A DNA stretch of 64,000 nucleotides, from positions 905 through 64,904 of the IMG/VR virus record IMGVR_UViG_3300009768_000008. One strand, 5' to 3'. Below, one piece after another: positions 37,340-47,039 of this stretch (the first letter of the stretch is position 1; every line of letters begins with the position of its first letter). The DNA is from a virus. Under the pieces are notes generated by a model, which saw nothing but the letters and a program-made list of their open reading frames with translations, did no database searches and had not been told where the DNA came from. The translations under genes were made by a program, and so were the position numbers.

Positions 37340-37645
37340 GTGTGTAACAGGATCTTTAACTCACCAAAAAACATTGTTATGAACGCTAAACATCTGCAAG
37401 GTTTGCTGGTTCTGGTAGCATCAGCTACACCCAGAGAAAAACTTCTGGAAGATCTGGAAGAAGCCTGCAAAGAGGCGCGACTGCGGCCTGATAACAAAGA
37501 AGCCCAGGCTCTTGTTGCTTTTCATGCTCAACTCATTCTGATCAACATCGGTACGGACGGTAAGTTTGAGAAAGCAGCACAAATGCTGGAACGCATGGAT
37601 CATATCGACAAGATGAGTGAACTGGTCAAACCTGCTGACAACTAA
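37340..37645 (+). CDS. hypothetical protein (101 aa)
   Basis: ORF track. Confidence 0.4.
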   Translation: MCNRIFNSPKNIVMNAKHLQGLLVLVASATPREKLLEDLEEACKEARLRPDNKEAQALVAFHAQLILINIGTDGKFEKAAQMLERMDHIDKMSELVKPADN

Positions 37646-37820
37646 GACATTTCTTATATGGATGGTTGCCCTGGAGACAATGTTCAAAGGGGCAGCCATT
37701 CTTTCTTTACTGAACAACTAAGTTGTATGCCGTAAAGCATGCAGACCCTGAGCAGTAGTATAAACGGCCCTGATACCTGGTACTGGGGCCACTTTTTTAT
37801 AGTGTAAAATCGTCCTCAAC

Positions 37821-38045
37821 ATGAAAAAACTTCTTTTACTACTTGGTTTCCATAGTACTAATGAAGTAGAGGCCCCTACTCCTCGTTCTGAAGTTGTTGA
37901 ACGCCCCTTTGATGCAAAAGACTATGCATTGTGGTGTAAGCAGTTTAACGTATCCAGGATGAGTAACCGTAACGGTCAGTTCACTGTTCGGATTGGAGAA
38001 ACTGAAAAGGTTGTAGAACTTGACAGCAACCTCAACATTTCTTAA
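37821..38045 (+). CDS. hypothetical protein (74 aa)
   Basis: ORF track. Confidence 0.35.
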   Translation: MKKLLLLLGFHSTNEVEAPTPRSEVVERPFDAKDYALWCKQFNVSRMSNRNGQFTVRIGETEKVVELDSNLNIS

Positions 38046-38065
38046 CTTTACTTTTTTGTAGAACT

Positions 38066-38629
38066 ATGGTATTCCAAAACATCAAGCTTAACCATGAAGT
38101 AGATGACTTCAAGGAAGCACTCGGCCTTACAAAAAGTCTGATGAATGTCTGCAGGGAAAGGATCTTCTTCTCCCACTTTGCCAACAACTTGATGGCCATT
38201 GAGTTATATGACTCAAAGGATGCAGCACCTAATGACCTGACCACCATATCTGGTGACCTTCAGCGTTGTCTGAAGATGATAACAGATCCTCTGGAGTATG
38301 AAGCTACACTTCTGTTCTTTTCACACTACCACGAGATAGCAATCCATGCTTTCAAGTATTGGAAGCTTGAGCATGCAAAAGATTTGACTGTAGAACAGAA
38401 ACTCAAACTCTCCATTCTGAAGCTGACTTTAGAAGCAGCCAAGAAGAAGGTAGAGCGTGAGAACAAAGAAAACGTCCTTTTACTCAGCGACCTGGTACAA
38501 CGCATAGATGTAGTAGTTAAATCTAACTATAACTTCAGTAAGTACATGAAAATCATAGGCATTCCCTATGACGATGGTACTTCCCAGGTGGACGACATGC
38601 TGAAAGACCTCTTTAAAGATGGTGACTAA
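38066..38629 (+). CDS. hypothetical protein (187 aa); ATG 3 nt after a TTTGTAGAAC motif
   Basis: ORF track. Confidence 0.45.
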   Translation: MVFQNIKLNHEVDDFKEALGLTKSLMNVCRERIFFSHFANNLMAIELYDSKDAAPNDLTTISGDLQRCLKMITDPLEYEATLLFFSHYHEIAIHAFKYWKLEHAKDLTVEQKLKLSILKLTLEAAKKKVERENKENVLLLSDLVQRIDVVVKSNYNFSKYMKIIGIPYDDGTSQVDDMLKDLFKDGD

Positions 38630-38718
38630 GTTACCAGTCCAAACTTTTTTTGTTTACACTTTGTAGAACTAAGAAAAACGTCTACATTTGTTCTACATCT
38701 TTAAAGTTTACATGTTAC

Positions 38719-39003
38719 ATGAAAAAGAATCCCCGGTTGTCCGGTGGGTTTGGAATGGTATCCAAGACAGTAATGTCAGATCCAGAACTCTCCATGAGAG
38801 AGAAGGGTCTGTATGCTTACCTGGCTACATATGCTGATAGTGTAACAAACGAGCTGACAGTAAGTGTAAACAGGATGTGTGCTGAGCTTGGTATTACCCA
38901 GGCCACCGTTAAAAGATCTTTGAGTTTACTTGAGAAGAAAGGTATCATAACCAGAGTTGACAAACGTGCATGCACTGTAAGAACTACAGTGCTTTTAAAA
39001 TAA
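38719..39003 (+). CDS. winged-helix DNA-binding protein (HTH_36 / replication-initiator-like), 94 aa from the Met at 38719
   Basis: LYAYLATYAD...LTVSVNRMCAELGITQATVKRSLSLLEKKGII; preceded by operator-like TTGTAGAAC...GTTCTACAT. Confidence 0.45.
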   Translation: MKKNPRLSGGFGMVSKTVMSDPELSMREKGLYAYLATYADSVTNELTVSVNRMCAELGITQATVKRSLSLLEKKGIITRVDKRACTVRTTVLLK

Positions 39004-39230
39004 CTAGGTACCAGGTCGAGGGAATGTTTGCTCACGTAATGGGTAAATCCTTCTATGCATAGGTTTATGCTGTTATTGGAACAGATACCCCTCGATCCTA
39101 GTACCAAACTTTTTGTTGACTGATCACTAGAGCCATACAAACTCTGTAGAGGGCAGATCGAGCTGGTTCATGTAAAGAAGATGCTAACCTTACACTGGCT
39201 GTAAGAAGATGCAGATTTCTTGCAGGTAGG

Positions 39231-39437
39231 TTGAAACACTTGCCACATGTTCAAGTGCTCTCTGTTTGCAGCAGAAGCGGTCTCCTCATAAGAGACTTAT
39301 GTCCTGGAGATAGCCCCAACAAAGCCAAGTCTGATCCTGGTGGGTGTTGCTTTGAAACATGCTCCAAGGGTACGCCGTGCTACAGAGAATGCGTAGACAA
39401 CACCACCCAGGATAGACTTAAAAACAGTACAGTATGA
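39231..39437 (+). CDS. Cys-rich small protein (68 aa)
   Basis: ORF track. Confidence 0.3.
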   Translation: MKHLPHVQVLSVCSRSGLLIRDLCPGDSPNKAKSDPGGCCFETCSKGTPCYRECVDNTTQDRLKNSTV

Positions 39438-40165
39438 AACATTCTAAAGTCGTAGGCCAGATCTACGAAACAACCAATTATGAAATGTTCAAAAAACGCA
39501 GTGACAACCGTCAGCTGAAAGAACACATCGTAAAAGAAAGAATGGAAAGCATCAAGCAGATTGGCCAACAAGATGCTATCAAGGTTTCTAAAGACTTTAT
39601 GGTAGACGACGGCCAACATCGGTTGGAAGCTTGCAGAAGGCTTCAAAAACCGGTAAAATATACTTTCCAGGAAGAGCCGCTCAGTACTCACGAGCTGGCC
39701 ACCTTGCAGACACAATCTTCCCGGTGGAAGGTTGAAGACCACGCTCAATCTTTCCTGTCAAAAGGAATTGAAGACTACAGACTTTATAACCTGTTTGTAA
39801 AACTCTATCCTGAGTTCAACCACAGTGTTGCGTTAGTTCTTCTGACCAATACGATCAGCAGAAACCGTCACACTGAAGAACAATTCAAGATCGGAACATT
39901 CAAAGTGAAAAGCTATACGAAAGCCGTTAAGCTGGCAGATCAGCTTAGAAAAATAGGTGAGTACTATGAAGGCTATGTTCGTAATGGATTTATCCAGGCA
40001 TTTCTGACTTTGGCTGAACATCCGGACTTTGAGTTCAACCGGTTACTCCGGAAGATTCCTAAGCGTAGGAAAGAACTGATGGACTTCTCTAAAGCAGAGG
40101 ATTACATCCAAACACTGGAACATATGTACAACTGGAAAGAAACCAAGAAAGTACAGTTTACATAA
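39434..40165 (+). CDS. ParB-like nuclease-domain protein (243 aa)
   Basis: VDDGQHRLEACRRL matches the ParB/Srx DGxHR motif. Confidence 0.5.
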   Translation: MKHSKVVGQIYETTNYEMFKKRSDNRQLKEHIVKERMESIKQIGQQDAIKVSKDFMVDDGQHRLEACRRLQKPVKYTFQEEPLSTHELATLQTQSSRWKVEDHAQSFLSKGIEDYRLYNLFVKLYPEFNHSVALVLLTNTISRNRHTEEQFKIGTFKVKSYTKAVKLADQLRKIGEYYEGYVRNGFIQAFLTLAEHPDFEFNRLLRKIPKRRKELMDFSKAEDYIQTLEHMYNWKETKKVQFT

Positions 40166-40200
40166 TCCAGCTTCAACAACTTTTAAAACCTCAATCGTCT

Positions 40201-40422
40201 ATGCGTAAACTAATCTTAGAGATCCTGGTAGCACTGGTAACACTTTGTGTGACTGTTAATGCGGTGTACTACCTGGGAGATATCCTCTCCGGAAAAATCA
40301 ACTTCCTCATCATGTTTGTGGTACTGTTTGCTCTCGGAGTTTGTGTCATAGCATCAGTTTACGTTCTGATGAGAGTGGTTAAAACCTATTCTCAAACTGT
40401 AAAAAAACAAAGTAAGTCATGA
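40201..40422 (+). CDS. small membrane protein (73 aa) coupled to an SPFH gene; NfeD-like partner?
   Basis: two TM helices; 4-nt overlap with the downstream gene. Confidence 0.35.
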   Translation: MRKLILEILVALVTLCVTVNAVYYLGDILSGKINFLIMFVVLFALGVCVIASVYVLMRVVKTYSQTVKKQSKS

Positions 40423-41405
40423 TTTTCCTCATCACCCTCATCTTGTCACTCGGCCTTTTAGGTCTGATGTTCGGGATCTTCAATTTCAACAACTACGTTA
40501 AAGTAGTCAAAAAAGAAGTAAACTACGGTAGCAGAACCCAAACTATTGAAGAAGAACAAGTCAACGTTGCTCAGATCATTAAGACAGCAGCCGTTGTTCT
40601 CTTCTGTATCATCGCATCTGCTGTAAATCCTCTTTCCCTGCAGCGTATTGACGCCGGTAATGTGGGTCTTAAGATCGACAAAGTCGGTAACATGAAAGGT
40701 ATCCCTACCGCTATCCCGGTAAAGGGTTGGGTATTCTATAATGACTGGACTACAGACATCGTAGAGTATTCTATCCGCCAGGGTCACGTACAGTATGAAG
40801 CATTCGATGTAACTACCAAAGGTGGTTTCAACATCAAGGTAAACCCGAGCTTCAACTTTGCCCTGAAACCTGAGAAAGCCGCGGACGTCTATATCAACCT
40901 GCTGAAAGGTGGAAGCTTCTCCAGTCTTACTGATAACTGGATCAAGACAGCTACCAACATCGCCATGAATAATGCTACGAATAAGTATACCATTGACAGC
41001 ATCTTCAACAACCGGGAACACTATCAACAGGATATCATCAAAGAGCTCAACAAAGAAATGAGTGCTTACTTTACTGTGTCCCAGATCAATCCTGGTGTTG
41101 TCCCGCCTCCGGAACTGGCTAACGTAATCAAGCAGAAAACTGAAACTATTCAGAAAGCACAACAGGCTGAGCTTGACCGTATTACAGCTGAGAACGAAGC
41201 TCTTACAAAGATCGCTACGGCTCGTGGTGACTCAGCTCAGGCTGTGATCCAGGCTGCAGGTAGGGCCGAAGCTATCAAGCGTGAACAACAGACTCTTACA
41301 CCCTTATACATCGAGTATATCAAAACTCAGAAGTGGAACGGTGATGTACCCAGTACTGTGTTAGGTAACTCCAACGGGTTCATGATCAACCTCAATAACA
41401 AGTAA
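40419..41405 (+). CDS. SPFH/band-7 (stomatin/HflK-like) domain protein (328 aa)
   Basis: N-terminal TM, central alpha/beta region, C-terminal Ala/Glu-rich coiled coil (AQQAELDRITAENEA...AAGRAEAIKREQ). Confidence 0.45.
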   Translation: MIFLITLILSLGLLGLMFGIFNFNNYVKVVKKEVNYGSRTQTIEEEQVNVAQIIKTAAVVLFCIIASAVNPLSLQRIDAGNVGLKIDKVGNMKGIPTAIPVKGWVFYNDWTTDIVEYSIRQGHVQYEAFDVTTKGGFNIKVNPSFNFALKPEKAADVYINLLKGGSFSSLTDNWIKTATNIAMNNATNKYTIDSIFNNREHYQQDIIKELNKEMSAYFTVSQINPGVVPPPELANVIKQKTETIQKAQQAELDRITAENEALTKIATARGDSAQAVIQAAGRAEAIKREQQTLTPLYIEYIKTQKWNGDVPSTVLGNSNGFMINLNNK

Positions 41406-41460
41406 CAAAGAGCCGGGTAAAACCGGCTCCCTTCATATCACCCTAAAAAATACTACTGCT

Positions 41461-41700
41461 ATGTGGTTTAACAGCAAGCCCCAAGACAGTGTCCTGGAAC
41501 TCCAGGATCGTTCTAAAAACGTGGTGGACGTGTTTACAAGAACCGTTGAAGATCTGAAACAGATTAACCACGATATCCAGAATCTTTCTGAGAAGAAAGA
41601 ACAAGAAAAAGCCAAGTTGGAAGGTGAACTGGCTACCCTGGATGGCCAGAAGGTTTCCAACAACAAAGTCATCGAGAAGATCAACAAGATCTTTGAGTAA
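41461..41700 (+). CDS. coiled-coil protein (79 aa)
   Basis: ORF track. Confidence 0.4.
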   Translation: MWFNSKPQDSVLELQDRSKNVVDVFTRTVEDLKQINHDIQNLSEKKEQEKAKLEGELATLDGQKVSNNKVIEKINKIFE

Positions 41701-41714
41701 CCCAAACTAAAAGC

Positions 41715-42020
41715 ATGGAAAAAAGACGTGTAGGAGCAATCCTCTCCTCTTCAGAAAACGAAGTTCGGTTTCTGGGATATGGATGGTACGTCGGTGATCA
41801 CGTACCTGAATACAAAGAAGGTGCAGGTATGAGAAACTTGATGAGTAAGATGGATATGACCAACCCCAAAATCGAATTGGACAACGGTACCGTTGTATAC
41901 GGCTGTGAATGCTGGTGGGGTCCGGAAGAAAAGATCAAAGAGCATATGGAAGGTCGTAATGTAGTTGAAGTAAGCATCGAAGAACTCTTCGGTCCTGAAC
42001 CTGCAGCACAACCTGAATGA
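41715..42020 (+). CDS. hypothetical protein (101 aa)
   Basis: ORF track. Confidence 0.4.
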   Translation: MEKRRVGAILSSSENEVRFLGYGWYVGDHVPEYKEGAGMRNLMSKMDMTNPKIELDNGTVVYGCECWWGPEEKIKEHMEGRNVVEVSIEELFGPEPAAQPE

Positions 42021-42221
42021 TCTGATACTGAGAGCTAGTAAGTAATCTATGGGGAAGTCCGTCGAACAGTTTTTCACTTAGTACCGTCCCCGTGTGATAA
42101 TAGGCGTAGCCGGTCTGGGAACCGTGCATAAACCCAGTAGATCCACTCGAAGTAGTGTGAAAGCTATCCTCAGTATAGACCTTGGCTTGGAACACTTGTG
42201 CCAGTAAACAGGTGTACTCAG

Positions 42222-42294
42222 GGAGTAGCTCAGATAGGAGAGCATCCGGGCGACCCCCGGAAGGTCGGTGGTGCAAGTCCACCCTTCCTAACTA
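42222..42294 (+). tRNA. tRNA-like gene with non-canonical anticodon loop GCGACCC (no U33); acceptor stem has 6 of 7 pairs
   Basis: D GCUC-AGAUAGGA-GAGC; anticodon stem UCCGG/CCGGA; T GGUGG-UGCAAGU-CCACC; acceptor CAGGGAG/CUUCCUA. Confidence 0.4.
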
Positions 42295-42308
42295 AACCAA
42301 AGAAACCT

Positions 42309-43109
42309 ATGAGTTACGCCATTAAACTTTTATTCTTTTTAGGTAGTTGTATTCTTGCATTTGTAGCCGGTAGGCTTACAAGCAGTCTGTCTTACCACTG
42401 GAGTCAAGTGGATGGGCCGAATCAGGCCGTTATAGTTTCACCCAATGACAGTACCACACAAGTCAACGGTTTGGTACAGGGTGTCTATCATTTTGAGTTA
42501 GCAGTTACCGACCCTCAAGGAGCTACAGGACGGGATACCATGATGGTTACCGTACTTCCTGGAGTTCTTCCTATCAAACTGGTTTACTTCAAAGCGTACC
42601 CGCTGGCTGATGTAAACATGATCAAGTGGAAAACATCTGAAGAGATAAACATAAAAGAGTTTATCCTGGAATCCTCTACAGACGGTGTTCATTTTTACGG
42701 TCTCTATCATACGTTTGCTATCGGAGCTACACCAACCTCTCCTTCTGAGTATGACTATGAACATAAGTTCCCAGGAAGAGAGCAGTATTACAGACTTAAG
42801 TCTATTGAGACATCTGGTACTTATACATACAGTGATGTTGTAAAAGTAACCAGATCTATTTCGACATCTATTTGGTCAAACAACCCTGTTACATCGACTC
42901 TTAATGTTACCATAAACGTAGATAATGCTACTACAGCTAACTTCTACATTTATGATGCTACCGGAAGAAGAATGGCATTCTATACGTACAATCTAAGTCC
43001 TGGTAAGAACAGTTTCAGTTATCATACTGGTCAGTATGCTTCTGGTCTGTATATCATTAAAGTTGACGTAGGAGGTATTATCTCAACCAAAAAATTCGTC
43101 AAACAATGA
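42309..43109 (+). CDS. secreted protein with a T9SS (Por) C-terminal sorting domain (267 aa from the Met at 42309)
   Basis: N-terminal signal/TM (MSYAIKLLFFLGSCILAFVAG). C-terminus FYIYDATGRRMAFYTYNLSPGKNSFSYHTGQYASGLYIIKVDVGGIISTKKFVKQ matches the type-A CTD consensus. The ORF-track start at 42198 was rejected as an N-terminal extension. Confidence 0.55.
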   Translation: MSYAIKLLFFLGSCILAFVAGRLTSSLSYHWSQVDGPNQAVIVSPNDSTTQVNGLVQGVYHFELAVTDPQGATGRDTMMVTVLPGVLPIKLVYFKAYPLADVNMIKWKTSEEINIKEFILESSTDGVHFYGLYHTFAIGATPTSPSEYDYEHKFPGREQYYRLKSIETSGTYTYSDVVKVTRSISTSIWSNNPVTSTLNVTINVDNATTANFYIYDATGRRMAFYTYNLSPGKNSFSYHTGQYASGLYIIKVDVGGIISTKKFVKQ

Positions 43110-43369
43110 ACCCTCATGCTTTAATAACCTTTATCGTTTGTATAGGAGGTTTTCTTTGGCTTGTTACATCCAGTACTATCGTTGTTCTATGCAAGCCACA
43201 GCTTCCCAAGCTTTGGTGGTATAAAAACTGGTTACTTATTGTACAGGTACTCTGTGCTTTTATACTACTTCTGATGGGACTTCAGAAAGCTTCTCAAGAT
43301 GTTGGATTCAAAGAAGACAAACCTCAATACGAACAAATCAATGAACCTTTATACAGATTAAAACAGTAA
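43106..43369 (+). CDS. membrane protein (87 aa)
   Basis: two TM helices. Confidence 0.4.
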   Translation: MNPHALITFIVCIGGFLWLVTSSTIVVLCKPQLPKLWWYKNWLLIVQVLCAFILLLMGLQKASQDVGFKEDKPQYEQINEPLYRLKQ

Positions 43370-43381
43370 AACGAAACACAC

Positions 43382-43780
43382 ATGAAAAAGCTCTTCTTTA
43401 TCCTTTGTCTGACAGTAGGATCTCTTATGGCAAACGCCCAACACGTTACTGTTGAACCCCACGTTGTAGTGGAACCGCATGTAACCCCTGTTGAACACGT
43501 TACTCCGGTCACAGAACATGCTGTACCGGTAGAACATTTCACGCCCAGTCATCCATATTCAGCATCCGAAGAATACCACCCGGTATATAATGGTGGTGTC
43601 TGGTTTGCCCTGATCCATAACCACCAGACCGGTAATACCGATACTGTAAAGGCATCCTCTAAGAATGAACTGGATAAGATGATCCAGGATAAAACGGTAG
43701 ATGAAGATGAAGGACGTACCGGAGCAATGCTCTTGGTACTGGTTATTCTTTTATTTGTTCTTGGTCTGTTCTTTTTATAA
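43382..43780 (+). CDS. secreted, membrane-anchored repeat protein (132 aa)
   Basis: signal peptide; VEPHV/VEHVTP repeats; C-terminal TM. Confidence 0.45.
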   Translation: MKKLFFILCLTVGSLMANAQHVTVEPHVVVEPHVTPVEHVTPVTEHAVPVEHFTPSHPYSASEEYHPVYNGGVWFALIHNHQTGNTDTVKASSKNELDKMIQDKTVDEDEGRTGAMLLVLVILLFVLGLFFL

Positions 43781-43787
43781 CCACCAT

Positions 43788-44096
43788 ATGAAAAAACAAA
43801 TCATTGTTACGATCCCGGATAATCCGGATTATAGAGTTGTAGCCGACTTTGGTACTTTCAACAATGTGATTGAAGACGTCTGGTTCTTTGTACTTCAAAA
43901 ACGAGAGTATCGGAAAAAGTGGGGGTTCTTTGGTAAACCTCAACCACGATGGATCGAAGTAGATTCCAGATGGACGTCTGACGATTTTACAACGTCTTCA
44001 AAAGTATACAAATATGCTTTTGAACTCTATGATTTACTCGTAGGGAAACGTCTCAACAGAGCCCGTAACGCACAGGAGATAGAACGTTCACTATAA
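43788..44096 (+). CDS. hypothetical protein (102 aa from an internal Met)
   Basis: ORF 43701..44096 trimmed to avoid overlap. Confidence 0.35.
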   Translation: MKKQIIVTIPDNPDYRVVADFGTFNNVIEDVWFFVLQKREYRKKWGFFGKPQPRWIEVDSRWTSDDFTTSSKVYKYAFELYDLLVGKRLNRARNAQEIERSL

Positions 44097-44335
44097 ACTT
44101 CTTAATACCTGCTGAAAGCAAAACAACTGAAACCAAGTATCCGCCGGTAGTAGCGGTTTAAACAGTGAGTACACTTACCTTGGTTAATTCAGAACCCCTA
44201 CCAAGAGGGAGTTGTTTGTGGACAGATACTCTGATAAGTAAAGCCTCTTGGACTCAAACTCCAACGTAACGTAAGGATAAAGTATTCACACACTTGGAGT
44301 GACAGGTATTAACTTCTAAAACCCTTAACAAGCAT

Positions 44336-44791
44336 ATGGCTACTAAAAAGAAAGCTGCTAAAAAGAAAGCAGCGTACAAACCACTGAACCCTACGTTCTT
44401 TAAACAGGTTACAGTATCGGAGCTTGACTGGTCAAAAGTTCCTGTTGGTACAAAAGTGACAGCAAAAGTAGACCGAACAATCATTACTGGAAGGATCTAC
44501 AAAGAAGATAAAGAGATTTTGATCTGTCACAATAACAGAAACAAAGACTGCTATACAGAAGGTTTATTAGGATATAAATACTCTGTTAACATTGGAACCG
44601 GTTCTCCTGTTGATCTTAAACACAACGAAGTTCAGATCCTGGAACTTGAACGTGATCCTAACTGGGTAGCACCAGTTCAGATCTTTATTGACGGGGATGC
44701 TATCATCTTCGGAAAAGGTAAGATCAGAGTGGGATGTACCACCGTTAAAAACGAAGTTGTCAGAGAGATAGCAAAGAATCTCGTTGACTAA
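44336..44791 (+). CDS. hypothetical protein with a Lys/Ala-rich N-terminus (151 aa)
   Basis: ORF track. Confidence 0.45.
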   Translation: MATKKKAAKKKAAYKPLNPTFFKQVTVSELDWSKVPVGTKVTAKVDRTIITGRIYKEDKEILICHNNRNKDCYTEGLLGYKYSVNIGTGSPVDLKHNEVQILELERDPNWVAPVQIFIDGDAIIFGKGKIRVGCTTVKNEVVREIAKNLVD

Positions 44792-45485
44792 TAAGCTTGT
44801 AAAGTATGTAGTCTTCCAGTGACATGAGGACGGTAAGATGTATCGGTTAATAACCAGAGTCTTACGAGTAAGTCACCTTTACATGATCAGGCTAAACATT
44901 GAAGCCTTTGTACGCTGCTCGACGACATTTGTAACGTGAGTCAGACTGCATAAAGATAACAACCCTGAATGAACAGGGTGTAGATAACCTTAAAGCAATA
45001 AGAGGTGAGAAAAGTACCTTGAGGGTCTAAGAACGATGGACACTTTTATAGTGCACCAGTTTCCCGCCAGAGTAAGGACGGAGGGACTAAGACTATATCT
45101 TTCAAAATCTATGGAGTAATCCTGTACGTGTTGTTCCCTTGAGAAAGGAAGGGTTACGTGGATGAGCGTGGTTAAGAGCCTACCCCCAACAACACGAATG
45201 AGTTTTCAGCAAGTAGTTATGAGGAGGAGATTAAGATTCTCTATCAGGTACAGAAGCCAAAGCGGAGTGCTCTGTTAGGTAAATGGGATGCTTGAGTAAG
45301 CCGTTATATTAAAGCATCGGTAATAACTACACGACCCTACTCTTATAGAAGACTGAGGCTTGATAAGAGCCCATCCTCACTGAAATATGACCAGACCTCT
45401 TTTACATGACCAAGTTTGTAGAAGAAGGGTACTGTAAGGAGTCATTACTATAAGACAAGAGGGTGCTAGTGATTTACAAGGAACA

Positions 45486-46151
45486 ATGACGCATTACGGC
45501 CTGGGTCTTTACCCGGGCCTCTTTTTCTTAATCCAAAAAACCAGAAACATGAGTCAAAAGGAAGACTTGAGTATAGCCGGATCAGGTAGTCCAATCTCAC
45601 TTAAAAAGTTCTTACTAAAACATCCTGATGCCAAACCTCTGACTGTCTTGGTTGACGGTACAGGGTTAGGTATAGCTAAGGATGATTCAGGTACAATATA
45701 CATCACTCGTGAAGATTGTGCCCAACAAGCCCTGTACTACTGTAAAGAAGTATTTGATGGAGTAAGAGTTCCTGCTTACCTATTCAGGTACCTGAACTAC
45801 ATGATGTTTGATGACGAGCGTTGGAATGACGATAAACAAGTAGCCCAGGCTTTCATTGACGGTACAGTAAACGATCAGTCAGAAGAGTACCTCCGGGTCA
45901 AAAACTTCTTGACCTATGCAGAACACAATCCAGAAGGATTACAGGTCATAGGTCTTATTCAGCTTATTGGAGGTAGTCTGAACATGGCTCGTAAACGTAA
46001 CTCAGGTATCCGGATCTATCTTGAACACCCTGAGACAGCCTTGCATCCAAAAAGACAATCACGTTTTATAAGCTTGTTTTACAAGCTTCAAAAAGATTAT
46101 GGTTATGAGGAGGTTCAACCAGCGCATGACGTGGATGGTGACCAAGACTAG
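45486..46151 (+). CDS. hypothetical protein (221 aa)
   Basis: ORF track. Confidence 0.4.
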   Translation: MTHYGLGLYPGLFFLIQKTRNMSQKEDLSIAGSGSPISLKKFLLKHPDAKPLTVLVDGTGLGIAKDDSGTIYITREDCAQQALYYCKEVFDGVRVPAYLFRYLNYMMFDDERWNDDKQVAQAFIDGTVNDQSEEYLRVKNFLTYAEHNPEGLQVIGLIQLIGGSLNMARKRNSGIRIYLEHPETALHPKRQSRFISLFYKLQKDYGYEEVQPAHDVDGDQD

Positions 46152-46195
46152 TAACCATAGTCTTTTTTAACAAATCTAAAACCCCTTTACATACA

Positions 46196-46531
46196 ATGAA
46201 AAAGATCATCTTTTCAATCTTAACAGCAGTAGTACTGCTGAGTGCATGTGAAACATCTGAAGGTATCAAAGCTGGTACCTTACAGAAAGTAAGTCATAAG
46301 ACCTTCCCCTGCTCCTACTATGTAGCGGAGTTTGCATTTGAAGGTGGCCGGGCATCTGGTTCTAACGACTCAAAAGCTTACGCGAACACCCAGGAAGTGG
46401 AAATCACTAAAGAAGCTTTTGACAGCCTCCAGAACCTGGTAGGAAGCCGTGTACGGTTCTCCTACAAAGACGAAGGTTTCAAGGCGTGTGCTCCGAATAA
46501 AAAACTGGAGACACTGGCTGTCATTAAATGA
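46196..46531 (+). CDS. lipoprotein (111 aa; lipobox LLSAC)
   Basis: MKKIIFSILTAVVLLSAC. Confidence 0.45.
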   Translation: MKKIIFSILTAVVLLSACETSEGIKAGTLQKVSHKTFPCSYYVAEFAFEGGRASGSNDSKAYANTQEVEITKEAFDSLQNLVGSRVRFSYKDEGFKACAPNKKLETLAVIK

Positions 46532-46884
46532 TCAAACCGGTTGGGTAGCACAAACACAGAAACTGTCCAAATGTTGTACAACTCTGTATGAACATCTGAG
46601 CCAAGTAGTGCGTCGGTGTCCAAAGCCGAAGATGATGGGGTAGGTCCATCCCTGGCCACACGTTCCGAAACATGACAACGGATAGTACCATCCTGTATGA
46701 TGAGAAGCAGAGTGATGTCTGTATGGATAAGTGACAACTTCTTTGAAAGTTGTGGGCCGACAGCCTGAGATCTGTGATCTTAAAAGTCTAGTCCTAACTC
46801 ACCTAGAAAAAACAGCAGGGAGGGGATAACCCTCTGTGAGGACAGCCACGGTACTTGCAAGCTGGATAAATTAGAGTACCACAC

Positions 46885-47005
46885 GGGCTTATTAGTTCAG
46901 TGGCAGAACACCGGGTCCGATGAGGCGGCTTTTATTAAGGTTATTGCAACCCCAAAAGAAAACCGAAACCCCGGGAGGTCACCAGTTCAAATCTGGTATA
47001 AGCCC
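46885..47005 (+). tRNA. tRNA-like gene with a roughly 50-nt insertion in the anticodon loop. Acceptor and D arm (GGGCUUAU-UA-GUUC..GAAC) and T arm plus acceptor (ACCAG-UUCAAAU-CUGGU-AUAAGCC-C) are intact.
   Basis: acceptor 7/7 pairs plus G-1:C73; anticodon-stem halves CCGGG ... CCCGG separated by 53 nt. Confidence 0.4.
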
Positions 47006-47039
47006 CTATAAACAAACACTTTAAATTAGTCTAAAGCTT

